A stretch of 63,676 bases of DNA, filler included, from Basidiobolus ranarum (GCA_040143965.1; 22 parts of 22 records of this genome joined end to end with filler, not necessarily neighbours in it); one strand, 5' to 3'; positions 27,240-40,551 are shown, counted from the first letter of the whole stretch. Made by a program: numbers and translations. Notes: generated by a model from the letters alone, not told the origin.

Positions 27240-28860
27240 GCCAGAATCCTGGATTTTAGATGGTTCTATTATGCTACAGTTTTCTGATCCCTTTGTATTT
27301 TTGATATACATTTTTTGATCACAATATAAACCTATGTAAAAAATCCTTTTGCAATGTTTTGCCTGTTTCTGGCAGCATCATTTTGGCCTTTAGCATGTAT
27401 ACATCAGGTATTCATGTTTTCAATGTTCTTACAGTTTGTTATCATTAATACAATTATTCCAGGTGTAATAGGAGTCAAATATAAAATAGATTTCCATGTT
27501 TCACTTCCGTACATGCACAATAATGCTTTCATAGACATAACTCTAAGATTAAGGCAAAGTTACTATACATAATATACCACTTCTAGCATTTACTATTTGC
27601 AGATATAATATTCTGCTCATAGTAGAGTATAAATCTCCATGTACAGAGTTCTTGAATAGCATTCCATCTGGCAATATCTCATATATATTTATTGAATTAA
27701 TTGCTCTGTAGTAAAATGACTATGAGATTTTGCAATTTACATCATAATAAATAATATTTGAATGTAGTACTCACAATTCATGGGCTTATGATGGCTCTCT
27801 TTACATTGTGTGGCACCAATGGTATTCCATCAGCACAGCTAAATGTATCACTTTTATTGTTGTATTGTTCTCTATTTCTGATGTTCCACAGAATTGAGTC
27901 TATATACATAATCAGTAAATATAATTGGTAGGTATACCTTTTGTATTATGCAGGAATAGCTTATATGAGTTACCTCCAGCCCTTGAATTTGTATATCTTT
28001 AGGCTGGTGTTAACATTGATTGAGGATTTGTTAAAATATAGTGGAGTTTGGATTTGCTTTATTGGTTCATTTATTGCAGGGAGTATCTCTGATATTTCAG
28101 AGGACTGCTGAAATTCCTACCTACCTGCATAAAGCAGTGGCATCTAGATAGGAATGGTATCAAGTAAAAGGTATAAAATTTCCACTGGAAAACTGTGGGC
28201 CCAGATAAGACTCTTGAGTCTGAAGATGGCTGGTTGATGATTAAGTCCCACCTCCACTGCAGGTTCACTATTTGTTGTGGGAGCCAAAAAAATGATGCTC
28301 TCAGTCTTGCTTCCAGGTTGGTTCTACAAAGTTGTTTTGTTGGTATTTGGATAATAGTAGGTCAAGTTTTCTACTGATTTCACTCCTGACAAAATTGGCA
28401 ACAAGACTTTACATTATGCCCTTGGAATCCTACCATTTAACTCTCTGCTGGGATATCACCATTACATAAATTGATATGCCCTTTCACAACATGACTCTCT
28501 ATACTCACCCTGTTGCAAAGCTCTCAAAATCCTTCCATCAGTGGCAGCAGCAAGCTGTTGATATCACTGGTATATTTTGATTCCAAAATCAGTTAGAGCA
28601 CAATAGCTATTAGACCCTGAGCAGCTTTACTGGCCATCAGGCTTTGCCCATGGTGTACTTATTGGGAGCAAAACCATCAGTTACCAAGGCCAATGCATGA
28701 TCAAATCATATTTTCAAAGAGCCATAATCACAGCATTCCTTTTAATGGAGCCCACAAAATATGTCAGAAACAAAATCAGTTGCTTGCTATTGATATCTGT
28801 AATGTGTCAATATCATGTATTTGGATAATTTCAACATGATCTTTGAAGGGGATGTTATAG
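27240..28860 (-). mobile_element. Decayed CACTA/CMC (Tnp2) transposase
   Basis: Reverse complement resembles 54400-54900 and 20560-20700; fragmented frames. Confidence 0.6.
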
Positions 28861-29165
28861 GAGACTGATTTATTGGACCAGGTCAGATTGTGACACTCAA
28901 TCCAGCCTGCTACCATGACATCTGGCGCATTCTGTCAATTACCTTGGCTTGGTCCTANNNNNNNNNNNNNNNNNNNNNNNNNNNNNNNNNNNNNNNNNNN
29001 NTTAATTAATTAANNNNNNNNNNNNNNNNNNNNNNNNNNNNNNNNNNNNNNNNNNNNTGAATCCAAATCGAGCGCGTATTCCTCGTGTCATTATCAGCAA
29101 TAACATAAGCAGCCTAGAATGCTCATCTACAAGTGCTTACTAGTCCCAAACTGTTCGAGTGTTGC

Positions 29166-29585
29166 TTATCCATCCAAGCCAATGCTTGTGAATCGATGGA
29201 GGAATAATGCCGCCCAGCATTGAGGCATGACCCAAAAGAGCTGGTCGTGCAAAACCAAGTTTGATAGATGGACATTTAAAGTACCGTCAGCATATTTTTG
29301 TTGCACATTGGCCGTATCAACTTCGACAAATGCTTGATATGGAAAGCGACTAACGCGATAATGACAATCCCCCCATTCACAGCAAAAACTACTCCAAGGA
29401 TCCCCCACGTGAACTCCGGACCGACCTTCAACCGTGAGCCACGAAGATGGGATCTGATATGGCCGGCCGGAATGGTTCTGACCCAGATTGGGAGTAGATT
29501 GCATCTGCTCAGAAAATCGATTTTCCAGCAACCAGTTCACTTGAAAAAACGAAAGAACATCGGGCTCTGTAATGAATGCTGACAT
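29166..29585 (-). pseudogene. Degenerate small heat-shock protein (HSP20)-like sequence
   Basis: VDTANVQQKYADGTLNVHL resembles the alpha-crystallin C-terminal strands; TATA-like element upstream; central domain looks shortened. Confidence 0.4.
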
Positions 29586-30064
29586 AGTGGTCAGTGTATA
29601 CTAACAATGATGATCTCAGCACCTATTTTATATGGAAGTATCCATCGTGTGCAGAATTTATAATTAAATGCTAGCAATCAGATTATGAGTTTGCTTAAGC
29701 TGAACCGGAATTCATAGTGTAAATCCTTGTGCTACTTCCTGTCTTGCTGTGTCTATTGCATAATCGATCTTTCATGGAGAGTTTGAGTTAAACTTGCTCA
29801 CCAATGTCATTGAAACCGTCGGAAATGGCAGTTTCCAAGTATTAACGTTACCTTCATTTTGGTGCTAAATCTACCTTGAGATGTATCATCACAATATTGG
29901 TGCTTTTTATTCAAAGAATCTCTAGTACTGTGATTGGCTGTAAATTGGTAATTGGATGATCCAATATAATTGAGATGGCTGACATAACTTATCTTCGATA
30001 CTCACTGAACAGTAAATTTGCAGTCTTCGCAGTTGACAACTGTGTAACTAAAGTTTTAAAAAAC

Positions 30065-31511
30065 ATGCTCAATCCCTACAGGAGCCATATCGCTCCACTA
30101 TGGATCTTACTATTATTAGGCATTTTTCAGCTTCCAGCTACAATTGCAATCAAACAAACTTTGGTACGCATACTCTCGTTATTGAAAATCTGTAGCACTT
30201 TATCTTTTAACGAGCAATTTGCCTTTTAGACTCAACTAGATGAATACATGCCCTGTCAAGGAATGTACTCCAAATCCTCTATCCCCAACGGAGCAAACCC
30301 TTATATTTCGTGTAAGTTTTATTAGGTCATCTATTCTTGGTATTTACATCGTTGTTTACCTACTATACTACGCTACTTCATATAGTGACTTTCTCGCCGG
30401 ATTCAACAGGAAAAATATCTTCTTTATTTTTCGAATGGAGTGATTATGAATCCCTAGGTTCGATAGCAGACGATGGAGAAGTATATTAGATATTACTTGC
30501 TCTCAAATAGTACTCCAGCTGATTGAGTTTTTTTTTAGAAAGTCTATGTTTGCGACGAGAAAGCCATTGTATCGAATGCCTGTACGAAAGAACAACTAGG
30601 ATCCTTTATTCGTCCTACAGACAATTCTACCTCCATACAAATAGTAGATATTGAGTTAGGCCCCACGTCAAAAAAGGAAGATTACTCCTTTGAGTACCAA
30701 ATCAATAGAACTGGTTATTATTGCGTCAGCGTGAAAGCAGAATCAGGACACTTCTCCACTGTTGTGGATTGGAGAAATCCTTTTGGTCAACTTGCTTCTT
30801 ACGACTATCCAAAGCTACCGGTATTTTGTGATACTTGATAGTTCTCATAAATATATTTCTAATCTCTTTGGTGACTACTCAAAGCTATACTGTCTCCTTG
30901 CCGTTATTTACTTGCTTATAGGGGTCGCCTGGTCGATTGGAACCTTCCGCTATTGGAATGAGATTTTACCAGTTCAGGTATTGACCTTCAAATATGATTT
31001 GCAACTTATTCCGTACTAACCTTTTCTTTTGAAGAACTATATATCTGGATTGATAGCTGTTATTACTGTTGAGATGTCATTTACTTTTGGGTATTGGGAA
31101 TACTATAACATACATGGAGGAAAATGTAAAAACCCTCATTTATTATCAGAGTATTCATTGTTCTAACCAACATGCAGCAATTTTCCTTTTGATTATGAGT
31201 GTGATCTTCAATGCTGGTCGCGATAGTCTCTCCTTCTTCGTACTTTTGATCGTTTGTCTTGGATATGGTGTTGTTAAGTGAGTACCAGAGTATTTCTTTG
31301 ACGCGATTCTGTATTCCTGATACCGTTCTTCATAGGCCATCTCTTGGAAGAACAATGAGAAAGTGTATTGCACTCAGTATAGCCCATTTTATTTTCGGAT
31401 GCATATATGCATCTAGCTCCGCTTTGAATTCCACCCAGCCCGGTAGTCTTTTAGTTTTATTTTCCTCGTTACCACTCGCACTTGTCTTCACTACGTTTTA
31501 TGTTTGGATAT
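30065..31511 (+). CDS. PTM1/GPR107 (lung seven-TM receptor) family, truncated after the first several TM helices
   Basis: Multi-exon: signal peptide, TGYYCV, WRNPFGQL..YDYPKLP, EILPVQ|NYIS, NAGRDSLSFFVLLIVCLGYGVVK|PSLG. Confidence 0.85.
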
Positions 31512-31858
31512 CCTTTTTGAAAACTCAATTCCAATTTTTTGCTGCGACAGTCTCTTGCCGTGAATTCCTTAACTCGTTTGCACATTCTTCAAGGCTTGAC
31601 CAATACCCAATAATACTTACTCAGCTATATAGAGGAAAATTCAATATGAATGAGCCATTCAAGATAGGATCAAAGTTTGAATCAATTGGGAAAATGCTTG
31701 AAAACGTCAAGATACCATCATATTTTACCAGGACTCCCATCAATATCCACTCATCTAGGTGTTTATTCAAATGCAAAGACTGGAAGTATTGGATTTGTAT
31801 ATATTCAAGTGGAATTTTGAAAAGATTTCTGCCTGATAAGTATTGGCAACATTGGGAG
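31512..31858 (+). mobile_element. CACTA/CMC transposase fragment in frame with the PTM1 exon
   Basis: IPSYFTRTP...FKCKDWKYW...YS..ILKRFLPDKYWQHWE; last 68 nt identical to 20352-20419. Confidence 0.8.
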
Positions 31859-31958
31859 NNNNNNNNNNNNNNNNNNNNNNNNNNNNNNNNNNNNNNNNNN
31901 NNTTAATTAATTAANNNNNNNNNNNNNNNNNNNNNNNNNNNNNNNNNNNNNNNNNNNN

Positions 31959-32031
31959 CCCATTCTGGTGGCGTCGTCCCTATTACTACCCAGGATATTA
32001 TCCCTACTATCCACCGGAATATTACTATTAG
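31959..32031 (+). CDS. Secreted Arg/Trp/Tyr-rich prepropeptide, type B, 3' fragment
   Basis: Identical to 34374-34446 (PFWWRRPYYYPGYYPYYPPEYYY*). Confidence 0.85.
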
Positions 32032-32948
32032 CCGATCCGTCATTCTAGCTACCCACCAGGATGTTTTCACTAGTTGAACCATATATCACTATATCAATAT
32101 TTGGAATTGATGCGGTATTTAACAGTATCGCATAGTCATATTTGTATACGTGTATCGCAAAGAAGTCAGGCAAGAGTGCCAACTAAATAAACCAAGCAAG
32201 CTATCAACTAATATTCATCTGGGTGTCTATCTATATGATGAAATTTCGGGATTACTCGATTCTATTACTTCAACATAATCTTTGTAGTCATTGTCATTAA
32301 AGTTTAATGATTTTACCGTCAGAAATGCGCAACAATGATTCAATAATCCACTATGCTTAATGTCAGATCAAAACTACCGAATATAAGCTTTCAGCAACAT
32401 GATTTTCGCAGTAATCTTCTTTTCCATTCAATATACTATTGATTTAATGAAGGGTGCCGAGATCATCGGTATCATGATGTTACAAGGGCTTGCCTAGAAA
32501 AGCTACTCTATAGCTTTCAATCCTCCGAAGTGAATCACATTTGATAACATTACCAATTTCTACACAGGGTAATGCCAGCCATTCTCATGTCACTTTCTCA
32601 TTAATTAAAATTTCTCGTACTTATTCAATTGCGTCAGTCGCCATCCATAAGCGACTTTTACTCATTTATTTGAGTTGTTCCTTGCGGATTCAAAGACATG
32701 TCGATCTATAGTCCCACTAGATAGTATACTTCTACTTTAAATTGCCAAGTGCGATTAGTTCTAGTCTTTGACTATTGAATGAACTCTGATCCGATTGACT
32801 TGCTAACAAACAAACACGTACCGTCATCCAAGCCGAGAAAGAAAGTTAAATATAGGTAATTAAATTGGGCTGCTCTTATAAAGACAAGTGGCTCCTCACT
32901 GCCGAAAGAACATCCCAGGCATCGCTGCACTGTTTACCACCTACTGAA

Positions 32949-33236
32949 ATGAAGATTCAATTAGTTCTCTTATCCACTGCTTTCCTTCTTGCGAGTGCTC
33001 TTCCAGCTCAAGAGGCTTCTCCGGACGTAACTTCTTTGGATTCTGGTAATGAAATTGGGGAACTGAACAACATTCAACCTGATGACATTGGTGATATTTC
33101 TGCAGATAACGATGATGAAGAGTCTGACTTGCGACTTCGCAGATGGAGACGCCATAGACGCTTCCACCCATTCTGGTGGCGTCGTCCCTATTACTACCCA
33201 GGATATCCCTACTATCCTCCGGAATATTTCTACTAA
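32949..33236 (+). CDS. Secreted Arg/Trp/Tyr-rich prepropeptide, type A (95 aa)
   Basis: TATAAAA about 70 nt upstream; signal peptide MKIQLVLLSTAFLLASA; acidic spacer; RLRR; WRRHRRFHPFWWRRPYYYPGYPYYPPEYFY. Confidence 0.88.
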   Translation: MKIQLVLLSTAFLLASALPAQEASPDVTSLDSGNEIGELNNIQPDDIGDISADNDDEESDLRLRRWRRHRRFHPFWWRRPYYYPGYPYYPPEYFY

Positions 33237-34155
33237 CCAATCCATCTGCCTGAATGTTTCTTCTATCTCTAACTAAATATAGTGAGATGTATTTGTATTG
33301 CTATGTTTGTATCAAACAAAGTTAGGCAAGAGTGTCAACTGAGTAAAGCTGATAAGATATCCCACTATTTTGATTTGGATTTAATGAGATTTCGTGGTTA
33401 ATAATCTGTTTTAAGAGTCACTTCCCAAAAATTCCGATTTTATTCTTTGACAAGAGGAATAATCATTTCCTACATCAAAATCTTGGCACAGAAGCGGAAG
33501 CCTACCAAAGTATTGCTATCACTTATTCAGTTGATCGTCACATACTAAGTGCGGCGCATTCATTGACCAAGAATGTAACCCCAAACATATTCATTTCTTC
33601 AAGCTCTACAGATCCTGAAACGCTATTGAATAACTCTTAATGTGAACTTAGCAGTATTTTTGACTTCTTGTTTGATTGAGAGCACTACAAATAGGATATA
33701 TGAGCTCAAAGAAGCGTGCTTTGGGCGAGGTCATATCAGTAATAAAGATATCCATCGAATTCTTGAAGGTTTAAAAGATGAAATATTATGTGGGATATAA
33801 TAATAATTTCAATACAAGCCATTTATATATCGATTCTTCACCAGTAAAAGCCTCTGTACATGTTTGATGGCCTAAAGTTAGCTTCAATAAGTAACCTTCA
33901 CTCATTTATCAGACTTGTTCCTGGCTATTTCAATGACTTGTCCTTCCGTATCCATGTCAGACAGTCTCTTTCCATCTCTAATTTTCAAGCATGCCAGCGA
34001 AAAGGTGTGTGCTTAGTTCACATGTATAATTCTCCAGGATGCGAATGGAATTTACGACAAAGACAATTATATTACGTTACTCTTATAAAAGAGAATAACT
34101 GCTTACTTCTGAAAGAACATCCCAGGCATCACTGTACTGTTTACCACCTACTGAA

Positions 34156-34446
34156 ATGAAGATTCAATTAGTTCTCTTATCCACTGCTTTCCTTCTTGCG
34201 AGTGCTCTTCCAGCTCAAGAAGCTTCTCCAGATGCAACTGCTTTGGATTCTGGCAATGACATTGGGGAACTGAACAACATTCAACCTGATGACATTGGTG
34301 ATGATTCCGCGGATAATGATGGTGAAGAGTCTGACTTGCGACTCCGCGGTTGGAGACGCCATAGACGCTTCCACCCATTCTGGTGGCGTCGTCCCTATTA
34401 CTACCCAGGATATTATCCCTACTATCCACCGGAATATTACTATTAG
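34156..34446 (+). CDS. Secreted Arg/Trp/Tyr-rich prepropeptide, type B (96 aa)
   Basis: Paralog of 32949-33236 with the same promoter and signal peptide. Confidence 0.88.
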   Translation: MKIQLVLLSTAFLLASALPAQEASPDATALDSGNDIGELNNIQPDDIGDDSADNDGEESDLRLRGWRRHRRFHPFWWRRPYYYPGYYPYYPPEYYY

Positions 34447-35129
34447 CCGATCCGTCATTCTAGCTACCCACCAGGATGTTTTCACTAGTTGAACCATATA
34501 TCACTATATCAATATTTGGAATTGATGCGGTATTTAACAGTATCGCATAGTCATATTTGTATACGTGTATCGCAAAGAAGTCAGGCAAGAGTGCCAACTA
34601 AATAAACCAAGCAAGATATCAACTAATATTCATCTGGGTGTCTATCTATATTATGAAATTTCGGGATTACTCGATTCTATTACCTCAACATAATATTTGT
34701 AGTCATTGTCATTAAAGTTTAATAATTTTACCGTCAGAAATGCGCAACAATGATTCANNNNNNNNNNNNNNNNNNNNNNNNNNNNNNNNNNNNNNNNNNN
34801 NTTAATTAATTAANNNNNNNNNNNNNNNNNNNNNNNNNNNNNNNNNNNNNNNNNNNNCTACTATATAAGTCACCATATACTCTTAAGAATAAACTAACTA
34901 AAACACACTATCATAAGTTGCTTCTAATACTCAAAGTCTACCCCATTATGTCAAGATCCTCCAACAATTATTATCCAGGTTGGTTTTAAAACTCATTAAC
35001 TCAGTGTTTGAGTTATTGAGAAATTGATTCTCAGCCAAAAGCAAATTCTCTTGATTAGAAGATTTGAGATTTTCGTTGATGCATATATTACTTCTGGAGT
35101 TGATGATTTGATTTATGCCAGCAACTAGG

Positions 35130-36190
35130 AGACAATAGCATTTGTTTTGATATCATAATAGAATATATCTAATTGCCTTCTTGTCTAATTTCCCATGTTA
35201 TGGCTTATGAATATGAGCATATACAGTTAATCAAAATATTATCAGATGATATAGATTAGGCTTGTTTGCAGTCCAAATTTCAATATGAGTTTAGAGTCAT
35301 GGTTGCTATATATTGGACTTCAATTTTGGAGATATACAGCTGTTAAAGTGGCTTCACCCAACAGGTATTAGACAGATCTGAATCAATCAGCATTGTGCAT
35401 GCTTTCTCCACTAAAGTCCTATTCATCCTTTCTGCAACTCCTTTTTGTTCTACACTATCAGAGTAGTAAATTGTTGCTGAATTCCCATTTCTTGACAAAA
35501 GCTAGTCATGGCCTCATTACTAAGTTTAGTTCCATTATCACATTGTAAGTATTTGCTTTTTCTTCCTGTTATGGCTGTGACCATTACTTCATATATCTTG
35601 AACTAAAGAAACACTTCTCCTTTGCTTTAAATAGGATATGAAGCTATGAAGTGAGGTTTATCATCAATAAGGATGAGTAAATTTGTCATTTACTGGGTGT
35701 CCAAGTTTGTATTGGGCCACATAAGTCTATATGAGTAAGATCCAATAAATCTTGGGCTCTGTTAGCTCCTTCTTTTGGAAATGGTTTTCTGCTGATTTTC
35801 CCTTGAATACAGCTTTCACATTTGGTAATATCTGAGGGCTTAAGATCCATTCCTGTACATAGGCTATTTTAGTATAGTAGTTTCACACTATTATAGTTTA
35901 GATAACCCAAGTATTGATGCCTAATCATCAAGTTTCCAGAAGTAATTGGTGCAAAGTTAGATACAGACTCAGTTGTCAGTTGTCAGTGCAATACCCAGGT
36001 GATAGAGATTCCAATTCTTATTCCAGTTGCCACTATCAAGTCTCTTGATTCATAAATTAATGATTTTCCTTAGCTGAATTTAACATCATAATGTTTCTTT
36101 TCAGTTGCTCCAAATGAAATAGATTTGTTGTAAATGATGGAATATATCAGACATCTTGCCAGGTACCCATTACACTTTTGGTTTTACATA
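35130..36190 (-). mobile_element. Decayed Ty1/copia pre-integrase/integrase
   Basis: CESCIQGK..RKPFPKEG.NRAQDLLDL.H.DLCGP; Q.GVAERMNRTLVEKA. Confidence 0.8.
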
Positions 36191-37754
36191 TTTTTAAGTC
36201 AAGTAATTGTTAATATAGTATTGAAATATGAAATAAGTTAGTATTAGGCTATATAACTATATAGAAATTTAAGCTATATTAATCATTAAGGCCAGATTCT
36301 CAAACATATCATTATCCATACTTTCAATGTTTGTACTAACTTATACAAATATCTGGCAAGTTATGGCTGAGATACTAGAGTTTAGCATATTTATTGCTTA
36401 TTTATCAGTTATTAAAGTAGATAAAAGTCATGAAGTACATTCAGGTATATGTCAGAAATGTGGGGGAAGGCTAAACTTTTTGTTCCAAGATTTTTACTTT
36501 ATATAATATCCTGAATACATGCTTACCATAGAATAAACAACTGCTGCATATTATTTTAGAAGTTGAAGTAATTTGGGTGCTGTTGGAAGAGATTAAGAGA
36601 ACTATAAGAATTGGTGGCTTTCACTTAATGATATATAGAGTGAAAGTCAAGATTTGTACTTTTGTCAAGAAGTAGATATACCAGAATGTGTAATATGTCA
36701 GGAAGGTCCCAGGAACATATGTACAAGGTTTAGGACTAGTTTGAGAAAATCATATAGTCTTTGAACTTTAAAATTGGCCTCAATGTTGAGCGTAAATTCC
36801 TCATCTCATAATAACATAGTGAAATTTAGGTAGCTAACTATATGACTGTATAGATACTGAACATTTCTTTCCACTTCAATGTCCATCCACAATCTTACTA
36901 ATAGCGCATGAAAACGATAAATGTGAATTTTTGAAATCACTATCTAGAATAATAACCTGGTCCCAAATATTTGGATTAGGTCAAATTCCTTGCACACTGC
37001 TATTAAGGAGCTCATATTATTTTGCTTGTCAATAATTCCTGAGGTGGTTTATAAGAACGAGGATAGTTTCGAATGTGAGTGATGACTGCTCCTTGTCAAA
37101 GATTAAGGAAATTGATACTGAACGATGTAAAAACCTTCAGAACCTCTGGGGGTAAAATGAGCTATGCTGGAGTGAGTTTGGATGATTCTGATACGTCAAG
37201 TTCAATAATGCTAACATGTACACTAATGCTATGTTTCAATTTTTAGTTCATCGTAAGCTTATATCAAGTGATTGTGAGGTTTGCGTGGTCGATTACACTG
37301 TTCGAGAGCGTGATGAGCTACAGAAAACCGAACTGCTCTCAGAGTTACATCAGCCTAAATGGTTCTCTGTGGCTTAGCAATGAAGAGGACGAAGGTATAG
37401 TACCCAGTCACTAGATTTTCTTGGTTAATAAAACCCACAAAGCATTAGCACAACAACGGTTTCATCTCATTCAAAGGACAGCAAAGAAGTCTGATTGGAT
37501 ATCGAATCGCAGTGCACTGGGGAAATCAATCTCATCTACTCTCCGATGGTTGTATGTGTCGGACACTCAATCGGGGCATCATCAAATTGGAATGTGGCCT
37601 CTCATACGTCATACGTCATATCGATGATCAACAGACCCTACCTAAGTAGCACCTNNNNNNNNNNNNNNNNNNNNNNNNNNNNNNNNNNNNNNNNNNNNTT
37701 AATTAATTAANNNNNNNNNNNNNNNNNNNNNNNNNNNNNNNNNNNNNNNNNNNN

Positions 37755-37982
37755 ATGGCTTGCCGCCATTCTAGTTAAGCAGTATGCTGATGCAACTATC
37801 CATTTGTCACTCAAAATCGCTGCGTTACAGGTTCCAATGGATATAACAAAAATATGAGCCATAAATGGAAGCTCACTCTTGGACACGGGCAGAATCTGCA
37901 GATCTTCCGATTTCACATCCCAACTCAGAATCAAGGAGAAAGTGGTCAAGTATAGCAACCATTGGCACTGAAACTTGACCAT
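37755..37982 (-). CDS. Trypsin-like (S1) protease homolog, N-terminus only
   Basis: Signal peptide, then ELPFMAHI...TCNAAILSDKWIVASAYC (compare CGG.I....W.LTAAHC); TATA upstream. Confidence 0.6.
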
Positions 37983-39759
37983 GGGAAGAATTAAAGGCGT
38001 GAAGGTACAAAGAAGTGGATTCCAAACGATCAAGAAAGTAGCTGGCGAAATATGAAAATCGACACAATGACGTGCGTGGCCAGACACATCTTGTGGAGTG
38101 ATATGGATGGCCACGGCAGCGTCTATTTATATGGGTACACATCAAGCGTTGAAGTGTGAAGAAAAGTTGATTTGTACTACTTAATGTCAAGGCGAATTCG
38201 AATCTTCTTATAGCTGCCCTGAGAACGTCCGGCACCCTTTATTAACACAGTGCATCGAATTGGTCAATGTTTGATTTTTGGAAGCTTCTAAATATTCTTT
38301 GTCTACAAGTCAAAGAAAATCCGATTACCCTTTGCTGGGATACATACTGTAAACGAGACATTTAGATTGATCTCAGACTTGAATTCGTAAGTCATGTTGA
38401 ATCACTGGGCATTTGGTCAAGTTTCGTTTACTTGTGGGATCCGGATTTCAAGAAAAATGGATGAACCTGAGTTCACCATGAATTCAGTATTTGTAAATGG
38501 TCAGCGATCCTTCAGTATCGCAGCACTTACTATCAAGCATCCATGATTTGGTTCTCTACGAGAAATCCCTGATCATGAGTAAAAGATATCGCTTGGGACC
38601 ACCAACATTCGGGTCTTCATGAAGTCGCTCAACAAAACTTTAAATCCACCCCCACCACTTTTGTGTAACTGTGAAATGTAACCCCATTCTGAGGTGAAAT
38701 TAGGCTTTATTCATCTATAGTCAAATGGAATCCCCGAGTGGTGATGCAATTGTGTTCTAGAGAGTACCACTATAAATATGTATAAGCAAGTATGCACAAA
38801 AGCCTCCGTTGACCTCACACAACCAACCAATAACAGTAACATGAACTAATTTAAGCACATCCACGGTGTAACATTCAGCTAGTAATTTTCAATAGTAATT
38901 AAATGAAATTCTCACTCATCTTGGGTGTTGCATAATTGAGGAGAAAATCTCTTTGGAGTGCTACTGTTTTAGCTCACTATATTGAGAATTTGAGTTTTAT
39001 CCCTGACTACAGGTATACCATGTAACATGTAACCCTGGTAGGGCCCACATATTGCTCCGAAAGATTGCATCATATTATTTTTGCTTGGTTACATACTCGA
39101 TGGCTGAATGTACTCTCCGCGTTGTATAAATACCGATACAAAAGGAACTGATGAGCTAGTAAATAATATGGCGCGCGTATCCGCTTGCAACAGCAGCAAT
39201 ATCAACTCTTGGTTTGCTCTGTGTAGAGCTCACATTAATTGCAATCCATGCAAATGATTCATGAATCCTTGGAATTGCATGTGATTCATACTGACTTAAG
39301 ATTGAAGCATATACAGTAGAATTGGCATCTTGGCAAAGCCGTGAATCCTCACTCTATTGATTAGCCCTTCTCATGACATAAAGATTGGCATATTTCTCCA
39401 TATAAGGCACCTATTATGCTATTCTCGCATATCTTTCGAGATGAGATCAGCAATGTCATCAATTTTGAAGTGAAGACCACTGAAATGAGTTAAAGCAAAA
39501 CCACATGTAACAGCCAAGTCAGCCTTTTATTAGTAAACCTTGATAGATGTATATGAATAACGACAAAAATCTCTTCACTAACAACTAACATACACTTGCT
39601 TTTGACATCATGAATGCTAATAGGAGCATATATACCATATACCGATACAAACTGAATAGTCCATCTAGTAGCTAGGGTTAACTCTTTCCGCCTCATAGGG
39701 TTGTTCCGACATAATTCTACTGTCTCTAGATCATAACAAACATGCCTGTTAAGCACGGG

Positions 39760-40551
39760 TGAAAAGTTGAGGTGATTTGGAGAAGTTTTGAGAAAATAGT
39801 GAAAATTGGTGAAAGTGATCTAATTGATAGAAATATCAATTAGAGCAATAAACACACTTTTTTGAATAACAGAATTGAGTGCAAAATAATCTAAATATGA
39901 ATAAACTAACTACTAAATAATGAGTTGCTATTAACCTAATTTTAAGATTCCCACTCAACTGATTATTTTGTATTCCTCTTAAACTTAACTTATATATTAA
40001 TAATTCAAATTGTGCTTTAGCTAAAGGTTTGGTTAAGATATCAGCTATCATTTCTTCAGTAGGGCAATAGACAAGTTCAATTATATCATTCTCCATTGCT
40101 TCTCTAACAGAATAATGCCTAATAACTATATGTTTTGTTCTAGCATGAAATGTAGGATTTTTAGCTAATGAAATTTAACTTTGATTATCTTCAAATACAG
40201 TAATAGCATGTTTTTGCATGTATCCTAAGTCTGTAAATAACTTCCTTAGCCACATAGCTTCTTGTGTAGTAGCAGAGGCAGCCATATACTTTGCTTCTGT
40301 AGTGGAAAGTGCTACGGTTGGTTGCTTCTTACTATTCTCAGTTATGGCTCCATTACCATAGAGAAAAGTGTATCCAGTTGTTGATCTTCTATCATCAAGG
40401 TTTCTTCCCCAGTCTGCATCACTGTAGCCTTCAAAATTTTGTGCATCAGGAGTGGCAGAGTATTCCAGAACTAGATCTACAGTTCCTCTCAAATACCTGA
40501 ATATTCATTTTACTGCAGTTTTGTGCTCAGATCCTGGATTTTTGAGGTATT
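39760..40551 (-). mobile_element. Ty1/copia RT/RNase H end with polypurine tract and LTR family B
   Basis: GYSDADW...DDRRSTTGY, SKKQPTVALSTTEA.Y, EMIADILTKPL. Confidence 0.92.

Larger units (their letters stand above)
31959..34757 (+). repeat. Tandem repeat, 2415-bp unit carrying two peptide genes
   Basis: 31959-32342 recurs at 34374-34757 with about 5 substitutions. Confidence 0.9.

Noticed and set aside
32941-34497. Minus-strand and alternative-frame ORFs repeated over the peptide genes
   Set aside because: Shadows of the duplicated plus-strand genes
37495-37654. VGHSIG alpha/beta-hydrolase nucleophile elbow
   Set aside because: Single short motif in a tiny ORF at a contig edge, with no supporting frame
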